Positions 37,988 to 48,976 are shown, counted from the first letter of the stretch. The stretch: 64,000 nt of DNA from Promethearchaeota archaeon Loki_b32 (GCA_005223125.1 NJBH01000001.1:96001-160000); one strand, 5' to 3'. Translations and numbers: made by a program. The notes: generated by a model not told the origin, from the sequence alone.

Positions 37988-39307
37988 TTGTATGTTATAA
38001 AAAATAAAAAAAAAAGAAGAATCATTTTGAGAATCATAAATAAAGGGATGATGGATTGGTTTGGAATGTTTCCATCCTCCACGTTTGCAGATAATACATG
38101 CCATTTAATAGCGGGGATGGCCAATACTGGAGTTATTGAAACCGAAGAAGGATTGATTATATTTGATCTTCCGATGAAACAATATGGTAAGAAATTATTC
38201 AGAGAAATCCGAGCTATAACAAGTAAGAAGGTTAAATATATAATTTTCTCACATGGACATTTTGACCATTGTTTTGCGTATGAACCTTTTATTGAAGAAA
38301 TTAACGAGAAAAGATGGGAGATGCCACAAGTAATAGCTCATGAAAATTGCATAAAGAGGTTTAAAAAATATAAGATGTTGGATAGATATCATGATTGGCT
38401 TAATAAGCAACAATTTGCATCTATGGGAGTGGGACGGCAAAAATTTTTAGTAACCGCCCAAGAAACTCTCGAACCTACAATAATAATGAGAGGTGATAAA
38501 CCTTATACTTTTAAGCTAGGTGAATGTACTTTTGAACTGTATCATGATATTGGTGAAACAGATGATTCAATCTGGTTATGGGTCCCCGAAAAAAAGCTTA
38601 TATGTGCAGGAGATTTGTTTGTATCTTCATTTCCTAATGTTGGTAACCCATATAAAGTTCAACGTTATCCAAAAGAATGGGCTTTAGCAATGGAGAAAAT
38701 GTTAGCAAAAAATGCTGAATATTTAATTCCCGGTCATGGCCCTCTAATTGAAGGTGACGACAAAGTAAGAGATGTGCTTTCAATTACAGCTGAAGCAATG
38801 CATTTTGTACATGATGAAGTAGTGAAAAGGATGAACGAAGGCAAATGGTTTGAACAGATTTATCATGAAATGCTTGATATTTATCCTGATAAATTTAAAA
38901 ATCATCATCACCTGAGAGAAATGTACGGTTGTTATAGATTTGCGATTCATGCTACGTATAGACTTTACCATGGCTGGTATAATAGCGGAAATCCTACGGA
39001 TCTTTTCCCTGCAAAATCTACTGATATTGCCAAAGAATTTTTACTGATTAATTCAGAGGAAAAATATCTTGAACATGCAAAATCTCTATATAATGAAAGA
39101 AAATTGCAGTTAGCTCTTCATTTTCTAGACGTTATAATTCATGGAATTGAAACAAATCATAATGAATTTCTCTTAGAGGCTATGAAATTAAAGTATAAGA
39201 TACTTAGACAAAAATCAAAAAAAGAACCATCTTTTATAGCTTCGAATATCATAGCTAATTCTGCCCTTCAAATTAAAAAAAGATTAAAAGAACTAGAAGA
39301 AAACTAA
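37988..39307 (+). CDS. Alkyl sulfatase-like MBL-fold hydrolase (SdsA/BDS1 family)
   Basis: SHGHFDH, GETDD, GDLF...FPN.GNP, PGHG and Y.LY.GWY..GNP..L.P. The true start is probably one of the internal ATGs near 38045. Confidence 0.82.
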   Translation: MYVIKNKKKRRIILRIINKGMMDWFGMFPSSTFADNTCHLIAGMANTGVIETEEGLIIFDLPMKQYGKKLFREIRAITSKKVKYIIFSHGHFDHCFAYEPFIEEINEKRWEMPQVIAHENCIKRFKKYKMLDRYHDWLNKQQFASMGVGRQKFLVTAQETLEPTIIMRGDKPYTFKLGECTFELYHDIGETDDSIWLWVPEKKLICAGDLFVSSFPNVGNPYKVQRYPKEWALAMEKMLAKNAEYLIPGHGPLIEGDDKVRDVLSITAEAMHFVHDEVVKRMNEGKWFEQIYHEMLDIYPDKFKNHHHLREMYGCYRFAIHATYRLYHGWYNSGNPTDLFPAKSTDIAKEFLLINSEEKYLEHAKSLYNERKLQLALHFLDVIIHGIETNHNEFLLEAMKLKYKILRQKSKKEPSFIASNIIANSALQIKKRLKELEEN

Positions 39308-39354
39308 AAATTATTGAAATAAATTCTTAGAAATGAAAAAAAAAGGAATTTAAT

Positions 39355-40761
39355 TTATAAATCCATTTCCTTTATCTTCTTTTGATTTTCACTTACTTTA
39401 TCTGGAGTTAAATCATACATTAACCAAAACACGATAATTCCAATTACAAGTAATATAAATGGAATCAAAGATTGATGAAAATGAATACCCCAAATGGCTA
39501 ATTCTGTTTGAGTAGAACTTCCTTCAACAAACCCTGTAAGTGTATGAACAGTAGCGATTGTAAGTGCCATTACAATAACGCCTATTCGTCCAAAGAATTG
39601 TTGAAAACCAGTATATACTCCTTCCTCTCGTCTTTTTGTTATTACTACTGCGTTATCAATTACATCTGAAGATACCGGAAATATCATTATCCAAAAACCT
39701 CCCATGCCTAATCCCCAGAGAAACATATCAAATACTATTAACCAATAATCTCTAAGAAACGTTATTGGCAGTGTAAAAGCAACTAGAATTAAAGAAGAAA
39801 TTACCATCACTTTTTTATTATTCTTTACTTTATGTGAGTATATCGTCCAGAAAGGAGTAGAAATTAATACTCCAACAAGGAAAGCTGCAAATATAAAAGT
39901 CGTGGCATCTCCTGGCATTCCAAGGGAATATTTAACAGTGTATGGAACGGAAGCTTGCATCGTTTCTACTAAAGACTGATATAGCATATATAATACCATG
40001 AAAATTATAAATGGTTTCTGTTTTAATGCCGCTTTAAGAGTCTTGAAGAATGATATATGCTCGCGTTCTCCCTCTTGAGAAGATAAATAAAGATCAATGG
40101 TATATTGATCTTCACGTGAACCGGGAATAGCAATTGCGAAACCAATAAATGTAATTATAGCTAATACAATACCTTGAACTCCAAATGAAGGAAAATTTCC
40201 ATAGTTAAAGATCAATGGTGGTACTATAGCTCCTATCGCAACTCCTACAACTCCTATCATAATATAAATACCACTAGCAGTTCTTCGCTCTTGATCTGAT
40301 CGATATTTATCAGGAAATAATGACTGAAAATTTACAAATAATATTGAATGAAATGTGTCAAAGAGACATGTGGTAAACAATAGCCAAAAAAAAAGAATCC
40401 ACTCACCAGATACGGCATTGTAAGTTGGTGGCATAAATATAAGCATATAAGTAAATCCCCAGGGTAAGCCCCCAATCAAAATCCAGGGAAATCGCCTTCC
40501 CCATTTTTTTGTAAATTTAAAGGGTCGATTTGTTATATATCCAATAAAGGGATCATTAAACATGTTATAAATCGCGAAAAGTACAAATGCTAAACCAATC
40601 AACCAAACGTCTAATCCAAGTTCAGCCTCATAAAAAAAGAATGCAAACATTGAAAATGCAATTCTGAGAAGTTCTCTAGAAAATGAGTTGAACCCATAAG
40701 AAGCCATACCTAATTTGCTGTGTTTAATTTGGATTTCATCTGTTTCCATTTTAATAACCAT
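39355..40761 (-). CDS. GPH (MelB-like) family MFS transporter
   Basis: NDPFIGY, KWGRRFPWI, SDVID......RREGVY. Confidence 0.88.
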   Translation of the reverse strand: MVIKMETDEIQIKHSKLGMASYGFNSFSRELLRIAFSMFAFFFYEAELGLDVWLIGLAFVLFAIYNMFNDPFIGYITNRPFKFTKKWGRRFPWILIGGLPWGFTYMLIFMPPTYNAVSGEWILFFWLLFTTCLFDTFHSILFVNFQSLFPDKYRSDQERRTASGIYIMIGVVGVAIGAIVPPLIFNYGNFPSFGVQGIVLAIITFIGFAIAIPGSREDQYTIDLYLSSQEGEREHISFFKTLKAALKQKPFIIFMVLYMLYQSLVETMQASVPYTVKYSLGMPGDATTFIFAAFLVGVLISTPFWTIYSHKVKNNKKVMVISSLILVAFTLPITFLRDYWLIVFDMFLWGLGMGGFWIMIFPVSSDVIDNAVVITKRREEGVYTGFQQFFGRIGVIVMALTIATVHTLTGFVEGSSTQTELAIWGIHFHQSLIPFILLVIGIIVFWLMYDLTPDKVSENQKKIKEMDL

Positions 40762-40939
40762 ATTTTTATTTGTATTAATTAACTTATTTTGAAAATAAGG
40801 CGAATTTGTTTTAAATAGATAAATATTATTCGATTACATATATATAGTTATTATTTCAAATTTGAGAAACATAATTATCTTTTTCCTTAAGACTATCGAA
40901 AATAAATAAATTCCAAGTCATAAACATCTGGGATTTAAT

Positions 40940-42472
40940 CTAAGTTCCAGCAATTCTTTTAGGATATTTTGTTTGAGCTTTTAAGTTTTCTCGTAACATT
41001 TTATTTACAAGGTCAAATCTTTTATCTCTAAAATTTCGATCATACCAAAGATTATTTACTTCAAGTGGATCGTTTTTGCGGTCATAAATATCACCAAAAT
41101 TATCTAAAGTATCATAAACTGTTAATTTAAAATCTTCTGTAACAAGATGTCTTATTCTAGCTTCGAGAGTGCCTACTTCCTCATCATTCTCTATTAATAC
41201 ACTATCTCTTACCTTCTGCTTAGGATTCATTAAAATAGGAGAAATATCATAACCTTGCATATCTGGAGGGTGGTGTCTTTCTTTAATATCTAGAAGATTT
41301 AGAATTGTTTTAGGGTAATCAATTGAACTCACTAAAGAGTCAGATATTTCTCCCAGTTTTGTTAATTGAGGTACTTTCCATATCAATGGTAATTGTAAAA
41401 CACCATTAAAAGGACATGGACCCTTAAATAGAAGCCCATGGTCACCCATTAAATCTCCATGATCACTCATAAAGATAACAATTGTATTCTTTGAATATCC
41501 CGATTTTTCCAATGAAGCTAAAATTTGACCTATATTATAATCGACATATGCTATTGCCGCGTAAGTTAATGCTGTTATCTTGCGCACTTCTTCTTCTGTG
41601 GATTCACGGAGGAAGGCTTTTTTAAAAGGTGGATTTTTTAAATGATAGCCCAAATACTCATGATTATACAAATTCTTTATATCATTAAAGTTAGCTGGAA
41701 GCTCAATATCTTCTGGTTTATATTGATCTCGATATTTTGTAGGTGGATATAATGGATAATGTGGATCGGGAAATGAACAATGTAAATAAAAGGGTTTATT
41801 CCCATAATTTCCATTTGAATATCTTTCAAGGAATGCTAAAGTTCTCTCAGCAACCCAAGTGGTGTTGTAAAAATCATCTGGTATTGGATCACAAAAAAGG
41901 CTAAATAGATTATCATAGTTCTTAACTCTTTGCTTCATATCTTCAGCAATTTCAGGAACTCTTTCTTCTAACCATTCTGTATAATGTCCCGCACACACGG
42001 TTCCATTTCCAGATATCACTTCAACTTCGTTATAGCCATAATAAGGTGACGGAAAATTATTTCTTACTGGATAACTATTATTTCTACTAAGAGACCAATC
42101 AGTCAAACTTTCTGCCGATCTACTCTTATGTTTAAATGGACCCAACCAGTATTGATGGTGTATTTTCCCCAAGGCCGCCGTATGCCATCCTCGTTTCCTA
42201 AGAGTTTGAATGATTGTAGGAATATCCTGTCGTAAATTTATTCCATTACTTCTAACACCATGAACATTGGGATAGACTCCTGTAATTAACGTTGCTCTAT
42301 TTGGCATACAGATTGGATTAGTACAAAAATGATTTGTAAATCTGAGGCCCTCTTTAGCTAATCTATCAAGGTTAGGAGTTTTTACTGTTTGATTCCCTGC
42401 GCAATTCATATGATCCGCGCGCATTGCATCAGTTATAATGAATAAGACATTTAATTTTTCACTCATAGCCAT
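40940..42472 (-). CDS. Formylglycine-type sulfatase
   Basis: NVLFIITD, CMPNRA (CxPxR), GKIH, SFPDPHYP, SDHGD. Confidence 0.92.
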   Translation of the reverse strand: MAMSEKLNVLFIITDAMRADHMNCAGNQTVKTPNLDRLAKEGLRFTNHFCTNPICMPNRATLITGVYPNVHGVRSNGINLRQDIPTIIQTLRKRGWHTAALGKIHHQYWLGPFKHKSRSAESLTDWSLSRNNSYPVRNNFPSPYYGYNEVEVISGNGTVCAGHYTEWLEERVPEIAEDMKQRVKNYDNLFSLFCDPIPDDFYNTTWVAERTLAFLERYSNGNYGNKPFYLHCSFPDPHYPLYPPTKYRDQYKPEDIELPANFNDIKNLYNHEYLGYHLKNPPFKKAFLRESTEEEVRKITALTYAAIAYVDYNIGQILASLEKSGYSKNTIVIFMSDHGDLMGDHGLLFKGPCPFNGVLQLPLIWKVPQLTKLGEISDSLVSSIDYPKTILNLLDIKERHHPPDMQGYDISPILMNPKQKVRDSVLIENDEEVGTLEARIRHLVTEDFKLTVYDTLDNFGDIYDRKNDPLEVNNLWYDRNFRDKRFDLVNKMLRENLKAQTKYPKRIAGT

Positions 42473-42587
42473 CAGAATTTAGTTTTTTATTTGAAAATTT
42501 ATCTCTTTTATGGTATTTTAATAATATCAATACTATAAAGATAAATATATAGATATTCGATTTTTTTTAATTAATGAAAATCTAACC

Positions 42588-43685
42588 TCAACATTGATTC
42601 TTCATAATGTGAATGTTTCTCTTTTCAAGTTCTTTCTTAAATTGCTCAAGATTTAAATCTGAACAACCCTCTGGTGGAAATACCCCCTGAGATTTGATAT
42701 CTCCATTAAAAATCATTTGAGCTATAATAGACGCGGGTATTGAGGTTAATTTTGCCACTGGACCTAAAACAGTATAAGATAAATGAGCTTTTTTTTGATC
42801 TTTTATACCAATAACATCACTTCTGAAAGCGGAGATTATTTCTCTTTCTTCAACTTTACCAGTAATAAGGGGAAAAATTCTTAGAAAAAATTTAACAATT
42901 AACTTCATAATTTTTACATGTTTAACTGGGATTAATTTATCAAGGATTTTTGTTAGCAAAATATCTGATTCTGGTAAAACTCCACCCTTACAAATCGCTT
43001 CATTTGTTTCTATATATCGCGGGAGGGTTACAGGTTCAGGGTGACCAACATAGTATAAAGGGACTGAACCTAAAGGTGCAGGAAATTTTACAACCTCTCT
43101 ATCAGTTAGAGCTCTGATATTTACCCATTTTCCATTAATAAATTGTGGGACTTTTCCCATGGCAATATGAGCCCAATGGGCTAATTGTCCAAATCCAATT
43201 GTTTCACCAGTGTCCTCAAACCATAAAACTCTAATAGAATCAACTTTATCCATTTGATCTGCTCCTAATTTTGCCATAATATTTGTTAGTCCTGCCGATG
43301 CTCCAGAATTAATTAGAAATGTTAAACCTTCACGCTCAACAATCTTATTTAAATTTAGAAATGTCAAAGTAGCATCATGATCATCGCATATATCAACATA
43401 ATTTATTCCCGCTTGAATAGCTGCTTTTGGAATATAATCACCAAACATAAAGTAAGGCCCAATATTATTAACCACTAATTTATGATTTTTAAGTACTTCC
43501 ACTAAATTATTAAAATCCATGACGTCTAATTTCTGAAATGATGCTCTGCTTCCAAGTTTTTGAGCAAGATGATTTCCTTCTTGTTCTCTAATATCTGCTA
43601 AAGTAACATCAAAACCACTATTTACAAGATCTAAAGCGATATATCTGCCAATCTCTCCACATGCACCTAAAATAATAATACTCAT
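42588..43685 (-). CDS. Saccharopine dehydrogenase-like oxidoreductase
   Basis: LGACGEIG, NNIGPY, GINYVDICDD, GHPEPVTLP and GVFPPE. Confidence 0.85.
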   Translation of the reverse strand: MSIIILGACGEIGRYIALDLVNSGFDVTLADIREQEGNHLAQKLGSRASFQKLDVMDFNNLVEVLKNHKLVVNNIGPYFMFGDYIPKAAIQAGINYVDICDDHDATLTFLNLNKIVEREGLTFLINSGASAGLTNIMAKLGADQMDKVDSIRVLWFEDTGETIGFGQLAHWAHIAMGKVPQFINGKWVNIRALTDREVVKFPAPLGSVPLYYVGHPEPVTLPRYIETNEAICKGGVLPESDILLTKILDKLIPVKHVKIMKLIVKFFLRIFPLITGKVEEREIISAFRSDVIGIKDQKKAHLSYTVLGPVAKLTSIPASIIAQMIFNGDIKSQGVFPPEGCSDLNLEQFKKELEKRNIHIMKNQC

Positions 43686-43858
43686 TTATACTCCTTTTTT
43701 TTCATTTTGTTAATTTTTATTGAATATTCTACCTTGTTTTTTTAAAAGCACAATTACAAATAAAGACCATAATAAATCATTGGGTATTCAAAAGTTACCA
43801 TTAATCATCAAATAATATAATTTTACTGTTAAAAATAAAAAAATAATATATAAAAGGA

Positions 43859-44440
43859 TTAAGATTTAAGTTTCTTGAGTAAATAAACAAAATTCTTGCC
43901 TAAATTTTTAAATGTGTTGATTCCTTCTTCATCGTCCAATACTTCTCCGGGATTTCTTCCAATGCCCAAATTCCAATAACTAGAGCCTACTACGAACATT
44001 TGCTTAATCAAAAAGAAGTAGTTTATGCTGGAGAATACATGATTTGCACCAGCTCTCCTAACTGCTACAACAGCAGCACCAATCTTATGTTTTAAATGAC
44101 CTCCAGTTGCATATCCGGCTCGTTCAATTAAAGCTTTTGTACTTGTTGATAAATCAGAAAAGTAAGTTGGAGATCCTATAATTATCCCATCAGATTCTAG
44201 CATTTTTTCAATGTACTCATTCATATTATCTCCTTCAATAGTACATCTTTGGTCATCATTGTCAATGCATTGATAACAAGCAGTACAACCCTGTAATCTT
44301 TTATTACCAATCCAAATTATTTCGCAATCAATCCCTTCAGCTTTCAATTCTTCCATAACAGTATTTAAGCAATGAAATGTATTTCCTTCTTTTCTTGGAC
44401 TTCCATTAAATAATACAACCTTCATTAATATTGACCTCAA
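43859..44440 (-). CDS. Flavodoxin-like iron-sulfur flavoprotein (Isf family)
   Basis: NGSPRKEGNT, GCTACYQC......C, GSPTYF, RRAGA and SSYWN. Confidence 0.9.
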   Translation of the reverse strand: MRSILMKVVLFNGSPRKEGNTFHCLNTVMEELKAEGIDCEIIWIGNKRLQGCTACYQCIDNDDQRCTIEGDNMNEYIEKMLESDGIIIGSPTYFSDLSTSTKALIERAGYATGGHLKHKIGAAVVAVRRAGANHVFSSINYFFLIKQMFVVGSSYWNLGIGRNPGEVLDDEEGINTFKNLGKNFVYLLKKLKS

Positions 44441-44510
44441 AAATTATAATTGTTGAATTATTTTTCAATAATTATTACAACGCTTTTAATTTTTATAAAA
44501 AATAACATAA

Positions 44511-44966
44511 GATATAAGGGGATATTTATTTTGGCTTGGTTTTATTTTAGGTTTATGTTGGGAACTTCCATTATCAATAGCAAACGAGATTAGTAATTTT
44601 CCTCCTGCAAGATTTATAATTCCAACTCCGTTACCATCTCCAATTTCAACTATAATAATAACTCATAGTTTATGGGATGGAGGTTTATTCCTATTGGGAA
44701 TTTGGTTTGTAACTTTAATATGTAAAAAACCAATTTTTGAGAAATTTAAAGCGTGTGAATTAACTGTATTGATTATTTATGGTCAATTATCTGAATTGAT
44801 TGTAGAATTAACAAGTACCTTTAGTAATGCTTGGGAATACATTGAATATTGGTGGAATCCTACATTATTTTTGTTTAATGGCCATAATATTACACTTATG
44901 CCTCAATTGATCTGGCTAGCAGCCCCAATTGTTTTTTATTTTATTGCGCTTAGGTTGAAATTCTAA
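44511..44966 (+). pseudogene. Membrane protein, apparently 5'-truncated or degraded
   Basis: The frame is open from 44511 (GYLFWLGFILGLCWE...HSLWDGGLFLL...) well before the TTG at 44694. In-frame stops at 44496 and 44508 leave no start codon. Confidence 0.5.
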
Positions 44967-45055
44967 TTTTTCAAAAAAGAATTATAGAATTTTACCATAA
45001 CTATTTTAGAGTTAATTTTTTATTTTTTCATAAAATAAAGAAATGAAACCATTCC

Positions 45056-46303
45056 ATGGACCCTAATATACCGAATCGTCCTGAATTACTTGCTCCCTGT
45101 CAAGATTGGGACTCTTTAAAAATTATAAGTGGAATACCAAACGCTATATATTTCGGAGTTGAGAAATATAATATGCGTGCCAAGGCTAAAAACTTTAAGA
45201 GAAAAGATTTAAAGAAAATTGTTGAATTTTGCCATAACCAAAATCCACCTATGAATGTTTATTTAACAACAAATATCCTGGTTTATGATTCAGAATTACA
45301 GGATTTAGAGAACTTAATTTCAGAAGCAAAAGAATCGGATATTGACACAATTATTGCCCATGATCTCGCGACAATTCGAATAGCTAAACGTAATAATATG
45401 AAATTTCATATTTCAACACAAGCCAATGTTTCAAATATTGAAGCTGCTAAATTTTACGAGGAATTAGGGGCTGAAAGGATTATTTTAGCAAGAGAACTGT
45501 CATTAAAACAAATTAAACTCATTAAACATTTACTTTCAAAAACTAAAATCGAATGTTTTGTACATGGTTCAATGTGCACATCAATTTCAGGAAGATGCTA
45601 CTTTTCAGCTACTATCTGTGATTCTGAAGAATATTCTGCAAATCGAGGAAATTGTATTCAACCTTGTCGAAGGGAGTGGAGAGTTATTGATGATGAGAAA
45701 AATGAATTTATCTATAACGGACAAATGTTTTTAAATGCAAAAGATCTTTGCATGATTGAATACATACCAGAGCTTATTGATGCAAATATCGATGCCTTTA
45801 AAATTGAAGGCCGAATGAAAGACCCCTTTTATATAAAAACAGTTACGGAATGTTATCGAGAAGCAATAGATAGTTTTTTTAATGGTACATATAAAAAAGA
45901 AAAAATTGTGAACTGGCTAAAAAGATTATCAATAGTATATAATCGAGGATTTCACACAGGTTTTTATTTTCAAAGACCAACTATCGAAGATATTGAATTA
46001 GAAAAGAGAGGTAATGTGTCTCAATACAAAAAAAAATATTTAGGAAAAATCCTTTCCTATGATGGAAATAGCAAATCTGCTAATGTTTTATTAGAAAGCT
46101 TAGAATTTCCTTTAAAAGTTGGCGATGAAATTATCATAATGGGACCTAATACTTATACTGTTGAAACTATAAAAAAGATGATTTATAAAGGAGAGAAGAT
46201 AAAAAGTATATCTAGAAAGAGATATAGCGATCCTGTAAGAATAAATCTTCGTATAAATAAAGAAGTTGAAATTAACGATAAAATTTATATCATAAAAAAA
46301 TGA
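45056..46303 (+). CDS. Peptidase U32 family protein (Fe-S RNA hydroxylase-like, TrhP/RlhA group)
   Basis: PELLAP, HISTQAN, ILAREL, FVHGSMC..ISGRC, NRGNC.QPCR and FKIEGRMK. Confidence 0.9.
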   Translation: MDPNIPNRPELLAPCQDWDSLKIISGIPNAIYFGVEKYNMRAKAKNFKRKDLKKIVEFCHNQNPPMNVYLTTNILVYDSELQDLENLISEAKESDIDTIIAHDLATIRIAKRNNMKFHISTQANVSNIEAAKFYEELGAERIILARELSLKQIKLIKHLLSKTKIECFVHGSMCTSISGRCYFSATICDSEEYSANRGNCIQPCRREWRVIDDEKNEFIYNGQMFLNAKDLCMIEYIPELIDANIDAFKIEGRMKDPFYIKTVTECYREAIDSFFNGTYKKEKIVNWLKRLSIVYNRGFHTGFYFQRPTIEDIELEKRGNVSQYKKKYLGKILSYDGNSKSANVLLESLEFPLKVGDEIIIMGPNTYTVETIKKMIYKGEKIKSISRKRYSDPVRINLRINKEVEINDKIYIIKK

Positions 46304-46355
46304 TTTTTATCTGAAAGATCTCTCCAAACATAGCATTATAGTTTCAATTTTAAAA

Positions 46356-47030
46356 ATGAACTTTGAAGAAAAGAGAAAGCGACTGGTTGAAAGCCTCAAA
46401 GATAGAGGAATTTTAACGAAACCAGAAGTAATCAAAGCAATGTTAATCGTACCAAGACATAAATTCGTACTAAAAGATGCTGAATCAAGCGCTTATATGG
46501 ATTCACCCCTTTCGATTGGACTAGGACAAACCATTAGTGCCCCTCATATGAATGCTATGATGTGTGAGTATCTGGAATTGTCGGAGGGGGATAAAGTTTT
46601 AGAAATTGGAACTGGTTCAGGATATCATGCCGCATTATGTGCCGAATTAGTTGCGCCAGAAAATTCGGAAAATCCTGGTCATGTAATCACAATAGAACGT
46701 CATGAAGAATTAGTAAAAAATGCAAGAGAGAGTCTAAAGGAAACCGGATATGAACACAAGGTTACAGTTATCCATGGAGATGGTACATTAGGATATCCAA
46801 AAGAAGCTCCTTTTGATAAAATTCTAGTTACAGCAGCGTCACCTTCAAAAATTCCTGTTCCATTGCGAGACCAGTTAAAAGAGGGAGGAATTCTTTGTAT
46901 TCCAACAGGATCTAAAAGTTTTGCTCAAAATTTATATGTAATAAGAAAACAGGGAGAAAATTTTGATACTAAGAAAATAACAGGGGTGAGATTTGTTCCG
47001 TTAATAGGTCGTTGGGGCTTTGATGAATAA
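46356..47030 (+). CDS. pcm: Protein-L-isoaspartate O-methyltransferase
   Basis: VPRHKFV, GQTISAPHM, VLEIGTGSGY, GDGTLGY...APFDKI.VTA and VRFVPL. Confidence 0.95.
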   Translation: MNFEEKRKRLVESLKDRGILTKPEVIKAMLIVPRHKFVLKDAESSAYMDSPLSIGLGQTISAPHMNAMMCEYLELSEGDKVLEIGTGSGYHAALCAELVAPENSENPGHVITIERHEELVKNARESLKETGYEHKVTVIHGDGTLGYPKEAPFDKILVTAASPSKIPVPLRDQLKEGGILCIPTGSKSFAQNLYVIRKQGENFDTKKITGVRFVPLIGRWGFDE

Positions 47031-47080
47031 GTAAATTAATTTAATATAATTCTAATATAAATAATTCTGTAAAAATCTTA

Positions 47081-48976
47081 TTATATTTTCTCAAGGTTTT
47101 GATAAGTTTTCCAAGGCATACCTACATTTTTATTATACTTGATAAGAATTTCATTTAACCTAAGAAGTAGCAATTCTGGCTTGTAAAGCCACGCTTTGAA
47201 GTGGTTAAAACTAATACATCTTATTCTTTTAATGTCAAAATTTTGTTTAAATAAAAGCCCATAAAAACATATCTGAGGTAATGAATGAAAGAACCTCCGC
47301 TTTAATGTTCCCCTACTTGTCAATACACTTGGTTTATAATCTGCTATTACTATGTTATTTTTCCATAATAATAAAATATCTGGGTGCCCAGTTAGATATA
47401 ATTTTTTACTAATTGGTTTCCATATAGGAATCTCAATTCCAGCACAATTCTTGTAATTTTGAACTATTTTAATCGTGATGGATTCATGAGTAGGTAATAA
47501 ACTGTATGCAGATAAATCATTGTTTTTATAAAGATTTGGTTGAGCATAAATCATCAAATCGTATAATATCTTGTAGATCTCTTCATTTTCCTTTAATTTT
47601 TTTTTATGGCAAGATTTATAGAATACTTCTTTTATTAAACCAAGAGCTTTCAACTTTCTTACAATTTGTTCCCTATCTTTATATTTAATTCCCTTTATTC
47701 TAAACTTCGAAATTCTAGGTTGTATATCATAATTTTTAAAAACTTTCTGTGAAGGTCCCACAGTCGTGATTTTTGTCAAATAAGAAGTTAATTTAGGAAA
47801 TTTAATTAATAGTTTTAAACAATTCTTTGAAAGGATAGGATCTGGGTGTTGGCTTATTGGGTGTACTACTTTATATCTTTTTAAGCGTCGATATTCGTCA
47901 ATTGCATCTAAACCTATTTCTAAATTTGCTTCCGATAAGTTTTGTACAACTGCTTCTTCCATCTTATCCACAGTCGCTTTAGAAAATACAGATTTTCTGG
48001 CAAATGATGTATACAAAAAATCTTTGCTTAATAATATCAATCTGCTTAATTTGCTATAATTAATATATTCATTAAACTCATTAGAAAATGCAGATTGTAA
48101 AATTTCAATTAATTCTATCTCTGGCTGATTTGGAGCAATTTCCTCTATTTTAAATCCTTTTAAAATGTTATACTCCTCTAAGGAATCTAGACTTCTCTCT
48201 TGATTAATACCTGATAGGTTTTTTTCAATAAATTCTTTTATTTTATTAATAGAATATCGAGTAAACTTTCCTTTTCTTTCTAAAGCTTTATTAATGAAAC
48301 GTCTACTGGTAATCATTTCACTTAAACTAGCAATTGAAATTGGCTTTTTTAACTCATTTGACAGTGTTTCTTGTAAAATCATAACTAAATCAATTTCTGC
48401 TTGATTTAGAGCTCTAGAGTTAAGTTTATAACCTTTAATAATTCTATAATCGTTTATCGCATTCAGAGCTCTTTTTTGGTCATCTCCGGTTAATTTTTCT
48501 TTACTTGCCTCTTCCATTTTATCAGTTGTAAATTTTTTAAAAGTATATTCTTTTCTTAACGCTTTAGATATAGTATCTTTACTTGATATCATCCTCGATA
48601 AATTAGAGAGGGGAATAAACTCTCCTAAATTGTTTGAAAATATTTCATGTAAGCTTTCAATTAAATCTATTTCTGCTTGGTTAGGGGCATCTCCTTTTGT
48701 TTTGTAACCTTTAACAATTTTATATTCGTTAATAGCAATCAAAGCTTTCTTTAAATTATTATTTGATAAGTTTTCCCTAAGCACCTTTTCAATTTTATCA
48801 ATAGTAAATTTACTAAAAGCTTGTTTTTCTCTTAAACATCTAGTAATCAAATCTTTGCTTGCTATTATTTCAGATAACAAAGAAAGAGATATTTCTCTTC
48901 CCATTTCGTTTGAAAAACCTTTTTGTAAGACTTCTATTAAATATGATTCTGGGGGGATTGTTTGCTTAAATTTCAT
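47081..48976 (-). CDS. Protein with four tandem ~92-aa helical repeats and a C-terminal PD-(D/E)xK nuclease domain
   Basis: Repeats begin near aa 5, 97, 189 and 281. The C-terminus has EIPIW, GHPDIL, IADYKP and PQ...YG (RecB-like nuclease motifs). Confidence 0.75.
   Translation of the reverse strand: MKFKQTIPPESYLIEVLQKGFSNEMGREISLSLLSEIIASKDLITRCLREKQAFSKFTIDKIEKVLRENLSNNNLKKALIAINEYKIVKGYKTKGDAPNQAEIDLIESLHEIFSNNLGEFIPLSNLSRMISSKDTISKALRKEYTFKKFTTDKMEEASKEKLTGDDQKRALNAINDYRIIKGYKLNSRALNQAEIDLVMILQETLSNELKKPISIASLSEMITSRRFINKALERKGKFTRYSINKIKEFIEKNLSGINQERSLDSLEEYNILKGFKIEEIAPNQPEIELIEILQSAFSNEFNEYINYSKLSRLILLSKDFLYTSFARKSVFSKATVDKMEEAVVQNLSEANLEIGLDAIDEYRRLKRYKVVHPISQHPDPILSKNCLKLLIKFPKLTSYLTKITTVGPSQKVFKNYDIQPRISKFRIKGIKYKDREQIVRKLKALGLIKEVFYKSCHKKKLKENEEIYKILYDLMIYAQPNLYKNNDLSAYSLLPTHESITIKIVQNYKNCAGIEIPIWKPISKKLYLTGHPDILLLWKNNIVIADYKPSVLTSRGTLKRRFFHSLPQICFYGLLFKQNFDIKRIRCISFNHFKAWLYKPELLLLRLNEILIKYNKNVGMPWKTYQNLEKI

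Noticed and set aside
42588-43685. Carboxy(nor)spermidine dehydrogenase linked to the BpsA-SpeD pathway
   Set aside because: It belongs to the same superfamily, but no decarboxylase partner is adjacent and it lies over 30 kb away; this cannot be supported from sequence.
47081-47500. Cas4 assignment for the nuclease domain
   Set aside because: The four-Cys Fe-S cluster pattern of Cas4 is absent, and there is no CRISPR array or cas gene nearby.
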